Below, piece by piece: positions 25,618 through 34,780 of a DNA stretch of 44,200 nt; positions within the stretch are counted from its first letter, which is position 1; each line of letters opens with the position of its first letter. Under the pieces are notes generated by a model that was not told the DNA's origin, made no database searches, and saw nothing but the letters and a program-made list of their open reading frames with translations. The position numbers were made by a program, and so were the translations under genes. Source of the DNA: Euryarchaeota archaeon UBA346 (GTDB lineage Archaea; Thermoplasmatota; E2; DHVEG-1); assembly GCA_002496355.1 (NCBI GenBank), contig DAJP01000092.1:1-44200 (forward strand). The letters are read 5' to 3'.

Positions 25618-27096
25618 TTAGAACGCCCACCAGGCTTTCACATCGATGGTGGCGGTCCCCATTTTATTCGTGTCATCGTATGCTTTTACCGTGATCGTAT
25701 AATTCTTTGGAATCAACGGTTTTTTAATTAATTTTGAGGTAAGAGTCCAATTATATGGTGGCTCTGTCATGTTCGCGACCAGTTTGTCGTTGACGTAGAT
25801 TTCGACTCTTGAAATCGAAGAATCATCCTTTGCGTAGGTATCAATCGAGGCTTTTCCTATCATCCATGTGTTTTTCAATAACTTGTTTTTATATAAAAAT
25901 GACAAACGGAGGTTCCCACGCAGATAGATCTTCCCTTGCTGAGGAGAGAGGATCCCCACCTCAGGGGGAAGATTCCGGGCGCCCTTTGCCACATAGGTCT
26001 CATTTGCTGCATCAGCATAGTACGCGTCAAATTGATTCTCGTTTGCAAGCGGGTTTGAATAAGCCACGTTTTTAGTAGAATTAAAAACGACTGCGATAAT
26101 CTTAAGATTCTCGTAATCAAGGCTCCCGACAGACCGACTATCTGTAAAGATTTTGTTGCTCTTCGCCGAAACACTGATCTCTTCATTGAAGATGAAATCG
26201 ACAAATCCATTCCGATACTTTAAACCGTTATAATCATTGAATTGTGATGAGATAATTTCTGCAAGATACACGCGCAATGCCCCGGTATAATCGGATTGTT
26301 CTCCATTGAACACCGCCACGCTTGTCTCTATCGTATTTGTCGTGTTTTTGTATTCCGCATTGACCCGTACAGTAATCTTCGGGACCATCCTGTTCTCTGC
26401 TGCCTGGATAGCACTTGTGTAATTCATTTCCGGTTGTGTACCACCAAGAAGGACCTTGTAGCCGCCATCAATGTAGACGGTCGGATCCCCATATCGATTA
26501 TAGTGCGAGGAGAGGTAATCTGCTGCGACGCTGTTTTCTAAAATCATACTCACGTAATAGAAACGATATGCATGCGAGGATTCTAATTTCTCTAAGATAG
26601 CCCCGACGTTGGGACAATATCGACAGGTTACTGAAGTGGATTCTTCCACAAAGACAAAGTGAGTGAAGTCCTCCTCCCCGTTGTTTTGCTTAACAGTAAT
26701 GGTGAAAACGACAGAACCATCGATCGAAGGTTCACCAATAGGACCGTTTCCGGCAGCATCATCCACCGTTATATAGTAAAAATAATCAGTGGTCGTAGCT
26801 GCAGGGATACTAATGCTAGCAGTTCCATTCAGAAGGGAAAGTGTGTTCCAAATCGTTGATTCTTCAACAGTATAATGCAATGTTGCTTCTGTAACCTTGA
26901 CATTGTCTGTAAAAATAACAGTGACTGCGGTAGTCTGACCAGCGATGACCGTGAAGTTCCCTGAGGTAAATGTAATCTGAGGAGGTTGTGTATCTGACCC
27001 TCCATTCGTATCAGTGTACAGAACAATGTACGCGGATGCGCTCAGGAGAACTCCTAGGAGAATGATGATTATGATTAGTTTTCCAATAAGTCTCAT
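25618..27096 (-). CDS. Secreted/anchored multidomain protein: Ig-like domain, thioredoxin-like CxxC domain, C-terminal Ig-like module
   Basis: The product has an N-terminal signal anchor. The Trx-like segment FVFVEESTSVTCRYCPNVGAILEKLE...GDPTVYIDGGYKV has an Omp28-like layout. There are many N-x-S/T sequons. The last roughly 105 aa resemble the C-terminal module of the C1 peptidase. Confidence 0.7.
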   Translation of the reverse strand: MRLIGKLIIIIILLGVLLSASAYIVLYTDTNGGSDTQPPQITFTSGNFTVIAGQTTAVTVIFTDNVKVTEATLHYTVEESTIWNTLSLLNGTASISIPAATTTDYFYYITVDDAAGNGPIGEPSIDGSVVFTITVKQNNGEEDFTHFVFVEESTSVTCRYCPNVGAILEKLESSHAYRFYYVSMILENSVAADYLSSHYNRYGDPTVYIDGGYKVLLGGTQPEMNYTSAIQAAENRMVPKITVRVNAEYKNTTNTIETSVAVFNGEQSDYTGALRVYLAEIISSQFNDYNGLKYRNGFVDFIFNEEISVSAKSNKIFTDSRSVGSLDYENLKIIAVVFNSTKNVAYSNPLANENQFDAYYADAANETYVAKGARNLPPEVGILSPQQGKIYLRGNLRLSFLYKNKLLKNTWMIGKASIDTYAKDDSSISRVEIYVNDKLVANMTEPPYNWTLTSKLIKKPLIPKNYTITVKAYDDTNKMGTATIDVKAWWAF

Positions 27097-27211
27097 ATCT
27101 ACTAATTACTATACACTTGTTTTATATATTAAATTTACTGAGATAGATTTAAAAGGAGAATACCGGAAAAAAGGAAGAAAATCTTCATGTGACTCCACGA
27201 GAACAAACCAT

Positions 27212-28045
27212 TTATGATTCATTCAATTGATAGGTCGTGTTCCGTTTCATGATGATTTTTTCTTGTATCATCTTCTCAAGGATCGGTTTGAGTCTTTCTT
27301 GTTCGAGTTTGAATGTTGTTTTTATCTCTGAGAACGACATCGATTTTTGAAGCAGACATCGTAAAATCCTCGCGCGGATCTGACGATCGGAACCTTCGAA
27401 TCGTGATTGTTGAGTTTTTGGTTTGATACCAGTTTTCTGTGCAGTGAGATGGAGGGCACCATAATCCATAAGAGCGTTATGCCAGTCCCTGCTTTTCCCC
27501 CTTGGAAGGCATTGTTCAGCTAGGCTCCAGAGTTCCGCATCCTTGATCGTGGTTGTAAGGTTAAACTCGCTAATGAAGATCCTTCGGATATTGGTATCAA
27601 CTGTGATAAGGTCAGCGTTTGTTGAGAAGATCTGCACCGCCTGGGAAGTGTATCGTCCGATCCCGGGGAGTTGTTTGTATTGTTTCATCGCCCCAATCAC
27701 ATCACTATCGAACAGAGTAACTATTTTCCGTGCGGTCGTATGTAGATTTACCACCCGGGTGTTATACCCCAAGCCCATCCACATCTGAAGCAACTCAGGG
27801 AGGGATGCAGATGCAAGAGTGCCAATGGTTGGCCATTTCTGAATCCATTTCTCATAATACAGGACCACTCGTTTTACCTGGGTCTGTTGGAGCATGAGTT
27901 CCGAGAGAAGTATTTTATAAGGGTCTGTTGTCTTCCTCCAGGGCAGGTCTCGCTTGTTTTTTTTGTAAAAAGAAAAGATTCTCTTTTGAAACCGCCGGAT
28001 GTCTCCTGTTTGGATGTTTTTTGATGGACTGTCTAAAGATGCCAT
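27212..28045 (-). CDS. HhH-GPD base-excision glycosylase, MutY-like N-terminal domain, without Fe-S cluster loop, with a C-terminal winged-helix-like tail
   Basis: The product has RDLPWRKTTDPYKILLSELMLQQTQVKRV, LPGIGRYTSQAV (HhH) and VDTNIRRIF (catalytic Asp). After NALMDYGA there are no cysteines where MutY/Nth have CX6CX2CX5C. No NUDIX-like domain is present. Confidence 0.75.
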   Translation of the reverse strand: MASLDSPSKNIQTGDIRRFQKRIFSFYKKNKRDLPWRKTTDPYKILLSELMLQQTQVKRVVLYYEKWIQKWPTIGTLASASLPELLQMWMGLGYNTRVVNLHTTARKIVTLFDSDVIGAMKQYKQLPGIGRYTSQAVQIFSTNADLITVDTNIRRIFISEFNLTTTIKDAELWSLAEQCLPRGKSRDWHNALMDYGALHLTAQKTGIKPKTQQSRFEGSDRQIRARILRCLLQKSMSFSEIKTTFKLEQERLKPILEKMIQEKIIMKRNTTYQLNES

Positions 28046-28164
28046 AGAACGTCCTTTTTCTGCTAGACGACTGGGGAGAATATTCAGGATGTTAATATGA
28101 TTTTTTCGTGATTTTTAAATTGGGAAGGTTTTTGAAGGTTTGTTGTATAAAGGATATCTCCTTT

Positions 28165-29076
28165 ATGAAACGCTACTACCTGAACCATCTCCAAAAACTA
28201 GAAGCGGAATCCATTTTCGTCATCCGTGAGGTCGCTGCTCAATTCGAACGACCCGTGCTGCTTTTTTCAGGGGGGAAGGATTCGATTGTTCTTGGGTACC
28301 TTTCAATGAAAGCCTTTGCTCCTGCGAAAATCCCTTATCCTTTGCTGCACATTGATACAGGGCATAACTTCCCCGAAGTCCTCCAGTTCAGGGATACGTT
28401 TGTGAAATACCTTGATGTCCGCCTGCTCGTTGGTTCAGTGCAAAAATCCATTGACACGGGGCGGGTGAAGGACGAAACCGGGAAATTCGCGACCAGGAAC
28501 TATCTTCAGTCCACCACCCTGCTTGACGCCATCCATGAGCATAAATTCGATGCCGCCATCGGAGGTGGTCGGAGGGATGAGGAAAAAGCGCGTGCAAAGG
28601 AACGGTTTTTCTCGCATCGGAATGATTTTGGACAATGGGATCCTAAGAACCAACGTCCAGAGCTCTGGGACCTCTATAATGGTCGGAAGCATCATGGGGA
28701 GCATTTCCGTGTGTTTCCATTAAGTAACTGGACGGAGTTGGATATCTGGCAGTACATCTTCAAAGAACAGATTCAGATCCCTTCGATTTATTTCTCTCAT
28801 ATCCGAGACTGTGTCATACGAGATGGTGTCATCTACGCGTACTCGGACTACCTGCATCTTGATGATGCAGAAAAGAAGAAAGTCCAGTCGATGACAGTTC
28901 GCTTCCGGACAGTTGGGGACATGACTTGTACTGGTGCGGTAAAATCCAATGCTCAGACCGTCGAGGAGATTGTTCAGGAGGTCGCTGCGCTTCGGATCTC
29001 AGAACGTGGTAATCGGGCTGACGATAAACGATCAGAGAATTCCCTTGAGGACCGGAAAAAGGAGGGGTATTTCTAG
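28165..29076 (+). CDS. cysD: Sulfate adenylyltransferase subunit 2
   Basis: The sequence MKRYYLNHLQKLEAESIFVIREV...LLFSGGKDSIVL (PP-loop)...ends in DRKKEGYF, which is canonical CysD. I prefer the ATG at 28165 over the GTG at 28108. Confidence 0.92.
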   Translation: MKRYYLNHLQKLEAESIFVIREVAAQFERPVLLFSGGKDSIVLGYLSMKAFAPAKIPYPLLHIDTGHNFPEVLQFRDTFVKYLDVRLLVGSVQKSIDTGRVKDETGKFATRNYLQSTTLLDAIHEHKFDAAIGGGRRDEEKARAKERFFSHRNDFGQWDPKNQRPELWDLYNGRKHHGEHFRVFPLSNWTELDIWQYIFKEQIQIPSIYFSHIRDCVIRDGVIYAYSDYLHLDDAEKKKVQSMTVRFRTVGDMTCTGAVKSNAQTVEEIVQEVAALRISERGNRADDKRSENSLEDRKKEGYF

Positions 29077-29077
29077 A

Positions 29078-30373
29078 ATGGATGAAAAAACGTATTTGAA
29101 CATGGACCTTCTCCGTTTCACCACCGCAGGGAGTGTCGATGATGGGAAGAGCACCCTCATCGGTCGTCTTTTGTATGATAGTAAAACCCTCTTTGAGGAT
29201 CAACTGGAAAATCTGGAACGTCTAAGTCAGCAACGTGGTGAAGAACTGAATCTTGCCTTACTGACCGATGGTCTCAGAGCTGAACGAGAGCAAGGGATCA
29301 CCATTGATGTCGCATATCGTTACTTTGCAACACCAGTCAGGAAGTTCATCATCGCTGATACCCCGGGCCATATACAGTACACACGAAACATGGTGACTGG
29401 TGCATCAACCGCGAACCTTGCGTTGATCCTTGTGGATGCACGTAATGGCGTCACAGAGCAAACCCATCGCCATATCTTCATCGCCTCGCTGCTTCAGATC
29501 CCTCATTTTGCCATCTGCATCAACAAGATGGATCTCGTGGACTTCAAACAGGAAATCTATGAAAAAATAAAAACGGAGATTGAGGATTTTATCTCAAAGC
29601 TTACGATCCCTGATATCACGTTTATCCCGATCAGTGCGTTACATGGGGATAATGTGGTGAACGCGTCGAAAAACATGGACTGGTACCATGGTCCGACCCT
29701 GCTGTACCATCTCGAGGACGTCCATATCGGCAGTGATGAGAACCTTGTGGATTGTCGGTTCCCGGTCCAGTATGTGATCCGACCGCGTTCAGACAAATAT
29801 CATGATTACCGGGGATATGCGGGGAAAATAGCTAGTGGGATTTTCAAACCAGGGGATAGCGTTATAGTTCTTCCCTCGGGTTTTACAACGACAATCAAGA
29901 CCATTGAAGGGCCAGAGGGGGAAATCGATGAAGCGTTCCCACCGATGTCAGTCGTCATGCAGCTATCAAATGATCTTGATATCAGTCGCGGGGACATGTT
30001 GGTTCGGTCGCATAACATCCCGTTTATCGACCAGGATCTTGATTGTATGGTCTGCTGGATGAACACAAAACCATTGAATCCTGGGAGTAGGTACATCATT
30101 CGCCATACTACCAGGGAGCTCAAAGGGATTGTCAAGGAAATTCAATATAAAATCGATATCAACACCCTGCATCGGATCCCGGAGGTGACCTTCCTTGGAC
30201 TCAACGAGATCGGACGGATCAGGATACGAACCGCTCAACCCTTGTTCTTTGATAGTTATGAACATAACCGGACTACCGGGAGCATCATCTTAGTGGATGA
30301 AACAACCAATGAGACCGTGGGCGCAGGGATGATACGGGAACCCTCTCCAAAGGTTCCTGAGAAGAAAAAATAA
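29078..30373 (+). CDS. cysN: Sulfate adenylyltransferase subunit 1 (GTPase)
   Basis: The product begins MDEKTYLNMDLLRFTTAGSVDDGKSTLIGRLL (G1) and has DTPGH (G3) and NKMD (G4). It starts 1 nt after the cysD stop. The ORF-track extension back to 28949 overlaps cysD and I reject it. There is no fused APS-kinase domain. Confidence 0.92.
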   Translation: MDEKTYLNMDLLRFTTAGSVDDGKSTLIGRLLYDSKTLFEDQLENLERLSQQRGEELNLALLTDGLRAEREQGITIDVAYRYFATPVRKFIIADTPGHIQYTRNMVTGASTANLALILVDARNGVTEQTHRHIFIASLLQIPHFAICINKMDLVDFKQEIYEKIKTEIEDFISKLTIPDITFIPISALHGDNVVNASKNMDWYHGPTLLYHLEDVHIGSDENLVDCRFPVQYVIRPRSDKYHDYRGYAGKIASGIFKPGDSVIVLPSGFTTTIKTIEGPEGEIDEAFPPMSVVMQLSNDLDISRGDMLVRSHNIPFIDQDLDCMVCWMNTKPLNPGSRYIIRHTTRELKGIVKEIQYKIDINTLHRIPEVTFLGLNEIGRIRIRTAQPLFFDSYEHNRTTGSIILVDETTNETVGAGMIREPSPKVPEKKK

Positions 30374-30386
30374 AGGAAAATTTGTT

Positions 30387-30926
30387 ATGAAGAAACATCA
30401 GGGTTTCACTATCTGGTTCACAGGTCTTCCTTGTTGTGGAAAAACAACCATCGCAAATCAGGTCGCTGCTCTTCTAAAAAAGAGAGACTACCTGGTTGAA
30501 CAGCTCGACGGGGATATCATCCGTCAGAATTTCTCCAGTGACCTTAGTTTTTCAAAAAAAGACAGGGATGAGAACATCAAACGTGCCACGTTTCTTGCAA
30601 AGATGCTGTCCCGCAATAATGTGATAGTGCTGGCTAGTTTTGTCTCACCGTATCGAAAGCAGCGAAGAAAGGCACGCAAGGATATCAAGAATTTCGTTGA
30701 AGTGTATGTTCGTTGTCCTGTGAAGATTTGTATGAAGCGCGATGTGAAAGGCATGTATAAAAAAGCCCTTGAAGGGAAAATACAGCATTTTACTGGGGTC
30801 GATGATCCATATGAAGAGCCTGAGAATCCAGAGCTCATGGTCGACACCGATATCGAATCTGTGGATGAAAGTGTTGAGAAAGTGATGCAGAAGATACAGG
30901 AACTTGGATATCTGGAAGAAGTATAG
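30387..30926 (+). CDS. cysC: Adenylylsulfate (APS) kinase
   Basis: The 179 aa product has FTGLPCCGKTTIA (P-loop), LDGDIIR, and SFVSPYRKQR, the canonical CysC pattern. Confidence 0.9.
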   Translation: MKKHQGFTIWFTGLPCCGKTTIANQVAALLKKRDYLVEQLDGDIIRQNFSSDLSFSKKDRDENIKRATFLAKMLSRNNVIVLASFVSPYRKQRRKARKDIKNFVEVYVRCPVKICMKRDVKGMYKKALEGKIQHFTGVDDPYEEPENPELMVDTDIESVDESVEKVMQKIQELGYLEEV

Positions 30927-30943
30927 AACGGACAGGAAATCTA

Positions 30944-30952
30944 TTTTTTTTT
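30944..30952 (+). terminator. T9 run after cysC
   Basis: The sequence ctaTTTTTTTTTaag lies 18 nt after the cysC stop. Confidence 0.5.
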
Positions 30953-30960
30953 AAGTTGTT

Positions 30961-32168
30961 TCATTGTAAAATACGGTTCTTGCATAAGTCGAAAACGAAG
31001 CGTGGGAGGATCCTCCATTTATCTTGTTGTATTCCCCCGGGTTTTGGGATTGCTTCGCAAATAACATCGATGAGTTTTTTATCTTTGCAAGCTACCTCGA
31101 TAAAATGGTCGATGTTTCTTCCCCAGCGTTTCGATAATCGATGCATCATTGAAAAATCTCCATGGAATTCTTGGTTCCATCTCCTTTGATAGTGCCGGAG
31201 GGATTGCTTATCTGTTGATTGATTCTCAAGAGCTTTGATTGCTGTGTATGCCGCCATCTCCCCAGAGCACATCGCATAAAAGATGCCTTCACCAGCCATA
31301 GGATTGGTAAGTCCGCCTGCATCACCACAGAGCATGATTCGATCCGCTGTTAACCTTTTCATTTGGCAGGTTGGGAAAGCTCCCCCCTGTGTCGCTATCT
31401 TAGGAAGTCTTGTTGGGAGAAGTTTTTGTTGTTTTAAGGTCTGGAGATAGTACATAAAGTTCGTCTGAAGATTCTTTTTTTCATTCGAAGGTTTCACAGC
31501 TTGTCGAAACTCAACGACCCCGATGTTGAGGTGTTCTTTTTTGGGGAACACCCAACCGTACCCCGCAAGTCCGTTTGGCTGCAGATGAATATGCACGCCG
31601 TGTTCTTCGCCATAGAGTTTTTGGATATACTGTTGCCCAATCGGGTATCCGCATACACGCAGATTCCGATATGGTTACATTCCTGTTTCATTCCTATCTT
31701 CTTTGCTATCGTGCTCCATATTCCGTCCGCACCGAGCACAAATTGTGATTCGATAGTCGTTCCGTCTGACAGCATAAGCCCTATGGCACCTTTGTGGTTG
31801 GTCATGTCCTGAACCGTGTTACCACATCGGAGGACTGCTCCGCTTCGTACTGCAAGGGTGACGAGACCTTCGTCGAAGGTTTTTCGCAGGACCATCGCCT
31901 GAAGTGGTTTGGTATGATGAAAATCTACATGATGTGTCATAGTGGATGTATGGATTTGAAACGCGGTGGAGTACGAATCGATTAGGTTGTGTTCCTCAAT
32001 GTATTTAAATCGATGGAGGACTCGCATCTGAAGTCCTCCACCACAGGGTTTTTCTCGAGGAAAGGTTGTTTTTTCGAGGAGAAGGGTATTTATGCCTTTT
32101 TCAGAAAGGATTTTTGCTGCTGTGGAGCCTGCCGGACCCGCTCCAACAATAGCAACATCATAGCGCAT
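30961..32168 (-). pseudogene. Geranylgeranyl reductase-family flavoprotein interrupted by a single frameshift
   Basis: The N-terminal ORF (31494..32168) reads MRYDVAIVGAGPAGSTAAKILSEKGINTLLLEK..KPCGGG. The C-terminal ORF (30961..31596) carries GYGWVFPKKEHLNIGV and LCGDAGGLTNPMAGEGIFYAMCSG. Extending the C-terminal frame upstream gives PIGQQYIQKLYGEEHGVHIHLQPNG, so the two frames join near 31641-31652 (GCGGATACCCGA) with a 1-nt indel. Confidence 0.8.
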
Positions 32169-32259
32169 AGAAAAATTATTCCTCCGTTCCGTTTTTTTCT
32201 AATGCCCTTAGGATATATAAATATTACAGAAAAGGAGAAATCATCAGAATGTTATTCTT

Positions 32260-32781
32260 TTATTCGAGTAAGAGTAACGCGTAATAGTTTTCAGGGCAGC
32301 TATGGTTCTGGACGACCTCGATGGGGTATCCAGCGGTTCTAGCGGTTTTAAAGACATCGATACCGCAGGCTTCCATGGAGGGACGAGCTTGCTCTGTGTG
32401 ACAACATGTGTTCTGCACATCGCACTGTTCACATAGGAGGCAGGGACCGGCGGTCATCCCGAACGCTTTATAGTACCCAGAAATGAACGCCTCTTGTTCA
32501 AGAGCAGAGATGATTTCGAGTACTTTGATTCCTCGAGAAGGACAATGTACCAAGAGCGCAGTGGTGTATTCATCAAGCAGCTGTCGTGTTTCCTGTGGTG
32601 TCGGTGAAAACGGAGGACAGGTAAGATGTTCACCAAAACCATCACAGCCATATTGGCATTTCCGTCGTACCCATTCAGCGGTATAGACCTGCTGTGGAGA
32701 AATCACTTTTGCCTCAATGGCACCAAGCTCGCAGGCTCTTCTGAGAAAATGTTCTGGTGCGGGGAGTGCGTTTTTTTTCAT
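32260..32781 (-). CDS. DUF2284-family predicted metal-binding protein
   Basis: The 173 aa product has WVRRKCQYGCDGFGEHLTCPPFSPTP and ...GPCLLCEQCDVQNTCCH, the cysteine pattern typical of DUF2284. Confidence 0.7.
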   Translation of the reverse strand: MKKNALPAPEHFLRRACELGAIEAKVISPQQVYTAEWVRRKCQYGCDGFGEHLTCPPFSPTPQETRQLLDEYTTALLVHCPSRGIKVLEIISALEQEAFISGYYKAFGMTAGPCLLCEQCDVQNTCCHTEQARPSMEACGIDVFKTARTAGYPIEVVQNHSCPENYYALLLLE

Positions 32782-32969
32782 CAGTTCTGAAACAGGTTGT
32801 TCTTCTTTAATGTACTCTCTGAAACAGGGGAAGAAATAACATTAATCAATGGTGTATTTACAGGAGAATGATGGACAAATTCTGTTAAAAAAGTGATATT
32901 GAAATAGTAGAAACTAATTTGATGAAATGACTTTTGATAGTCGTTGAAATAATATGGAGGAAAAAAGAC

Positions 32970-33470
32970 ATGGACCTACGATTCGATGCGATGACAAAGG
33001 AGCATTCAAAAGAAGTCATGGATATTTTTAATCATTATGTGGTTCATAGTTTCGCCGCATATCCCGAATCACCGTTGCCCAATGAGTTTTTTAATAAATT
33101 TATGGAACTGACCAAGGGGTATCCAGCGTTTGTGATAAGATATATCGAGTCTGGGAAAGTCGTTGGTTTCTGTTTCTTACGAGCATATAACCCGTTTCCG
33201 GTATTCCGAGAAACCGCAGAGATAACCTATTTTTTAGAAAAGGAAGAGGTTGGGAAAGGGATTGGAACGAAAGCGTTAGAAAAATTAGAAGAAGAAGCAA
33301 AAAAGATCGGGATAAAAACGCTCTTAGCAGATATCTCTTCAGAAAATACTCAAAGTATCATGTTCCATAAGAAGAAGGGCTTTCGGGAATGTGGACGGTT
33401 TCACAGAGTGGGAAAGAAAAAAGGTAAATCCTTTGATGTAGTCTGGATGGAAAAGACGCTTGGTGACTAG
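32970..33470 (+). CDS. GNAT-family N-acetyltransferase (phosphinothricin-acetyltransferase-like)
   Basis: The sequence MDLRFDAMTKEHSKEVMDIFNHYV...YFLEKEEVGKGIGTKALEKLEEEAKKIGIKTLLA contains the acetyl-CoA motif-A-like QxxGxG. GGAGG lies 9 nt upstream of the ATG at 32970. Confidence 0.8.
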   Translation: MDLRFDAMTKEHSKEVMDIFNHYVVHSFAAYPESPLPNEFFNKFMELTKGYPAFVIRYIESGKVVGFCFLRAYNPFPVFRETAEITYFLEKEEVGKGIGTKALEKLEEEAKKIGIKTLLADISSENTQSIMFHKKKGFRECGRFHRVGKKKGKSFDVVWMEKTLGD

Positions 33471-33574
33471 CGAGGATCCCAAGAGTTGCTGCATTGTAAA
33501 ACACTCATCTCATGAGAGAAGAACCTGGATCAACTTTTTAAAAAATATTTTTTTGATTCGACAGTGTTTGAACT

Positions 33575-34705
33575 CTAGTTCTTTGGTTTTCGATAGGTGC
33601 GTCCTGCCCAGGAGATCTCTTGCGTGAGTGCTGATACGAACGCGTTTTGAGCAAGTAACAGGAACACGATCGGAGTCAACAGCGCATATCCTATTCTAGA
33701 GGGGTAGCGTTCTATCGGGTAGACCATGGTTTTTGGCAGGATGGTGATCCCAAACCACCCGTAGACAATCTCGAAAAGGATCATCGAACAGAGCAATAAA
33801 CCAGGCAGAGAATACCCAAATAGAAGAAGAATCACACCAAGTCCGATAATGACTTGGGCTCCGATAAAACCTATGAAAGAGCCGATCCAGTACAACGGGT
33901 AGTACCAGCGGACCCAGGTGTATTGCCGTGTTCCCCAGTGAACAAAACTTCGTAAACGTGTCTCTGGTGGGCTTTCCATGATGCATTTCGGTTGTAGATA
34001 GATTTTGTATCCCGCTTTTTTCACAGACAGAGTCAACACAAGATCATCTGAGAACGCGGTTCTCCATTTCTCCTGTATCTCTAATGTGTCGAATACGTTT
34101 TTTCTGATCGCCATCGATCCACCCCAGGCAAACGTGGAACTTGGAAAAAACATGAACACAATCGAGGTCATATTCCAGGCGGAGATCAATAATGTCTTCA
34201 GATTCGAGGGAAAATACCAGCGGTACCCGGTTGTCGCCCCAATCCTCTCATCTTGCAGTGGTGTGACGATGTTCTGCAGCCAATACGTGTCAGGTTTGAT
34301 ATCACTGTCTGCAAACACAAGAACCTCTGCTTTATCTGTCAGCTTCAGTCCTGTGAGGAGGGCAGCGACCTTCCCGCTACACCCAGAAACAGGATCAGTC
34401 AAGACAAGGTGAGCAGAGGGTTTGTTCTTGATGTTTTGCTGCAAGACCCCATACGCAGGATCGTCTGCTGAATCAACGACAAAAATAATGTCATAATTTG
34501 GGTATTCTTGAGAAAGAAATCCTTGGATATTCTCCAAGAAACCAGGTCCCATTCCCTTACAAGGGACAATAATCGAAGTAGACGGAAAATATGGTGAAAA
34601 TATTGTTTTCTGTGCCCGTCGGTACGCAAAGAGCCACAGACTGGTGATAGTACATTCACCAAGAATCCCAATGATTCCCAGAATAATCAAACCTTCAATG
34701 ATCAT
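33575..34705 (-). CDS. Membrane-integral glycosyltransferase, GT21-like (ceramide glucosyltransferase / HpnI type)
   Basis: The 376 aa product has an N-terminal TM helix, then SIIVPCKG...QEYPNYDIIFVVDSADDPA, GCSGKVAAL, VLVFADSDIKP, GGSMAIRK and AFSDDLVL. These are followed by TRQYTWVRW (a Q/RxxRW-like motif) and C-terminal TM helices. Confidence 0.75.
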   Translation of the reverse strand: MIIEGLIILGIIGILGECTITSLWLFAYRRAQKTIFSPYFPSTSIIVPCKGMGPGFLENIQGFLSQEYPNYDIIFVVDSADDPAYGVLQQNIKNKPSAHLVLTDPVSGCSGKVAALLTGLKLTDKAEVLVFADSDIKPDTYWLQNIVTPLQDERIGATTGYRWYFPSNLKTLLISAWNMTSIVFMFFPSSTFAWGGSMAIRKNVFDTLEIQEKWRTAFSDDLVLTLSVKKAGYKIYLQPKCIMESPPETRLRSFVHWGTRQYTWVRWYYPLYWIGSFIGFIGAQVIIGLGVILLLFGYSLPGLLLCSMILFEIVYGWFGITILPKTMVYPIERYPSRIGYALLTPIVFLLLAQNAFVSALTQEISWAGRTYRKPKN

Positions 34706-34780
34706 ACGTTTCTGACACAGCTTCGTATCCTTTCCTGGTTATTAGAGATTTACATCCCAGAACAAAATCACACTCTAAGA

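Noticed and set aside
27130-27160. A CTGAGA motif in the 27097-27211 spacer that is reminiscent of a TPP riboswitch core.
   Set aside because: It is on the wrong strand relative to the flanking - strand genes. The other conserved TPP elements (the ACCTGA and GGGG/CCC helices) are absent.
28949-29077. A long N-terminal extension of cysN overlapping cysD. Similar ORF-track extensions occur at 24213..24410, 3827..3883, 5197..5277, 32934..32969, 39417..39515 and 41395..41517.
   Set aside because: The conserved protein starts at an internal ATG preceded by a Shine-Dalgarno-like GGAG/GAGG. The extensions overlap neighbouring genes or consist of non-conserved filler.
29074-29080. The cysD TAG stop followed 1 nt later by the cysN start. 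I considered pyrrolysine or read-through fusion of CysD and CysN.
   Set aside because: cysN is in a different reading frame from cysD. Both proteins also have complete canonical termini (…KEGYF and MDEKTYL…).
32860-32935. TGATG-containing stretches (AATGATGG, TTGATGAAATGAC) upstream of the GNAT gene that could be box C/D sRNA elements.
   Set aside because: There are no properly spaced CTGA D or D' boxes and no terminal stem. The region is better explained as an AT-rich divergent promoter.
24286-34705. A hopanoid-like HpnI (GT21-type glycosyltransferase) and HpnJ (B12 radical SAM) pairing that would make a cyclitol or calditol-like headgroup.
   Set aside because: The two genes are 8 kb apart and separated by unrelated operons. 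No HpnK-like deacetylase is present. Family-level resemblance alone cannot support this specific pathway.
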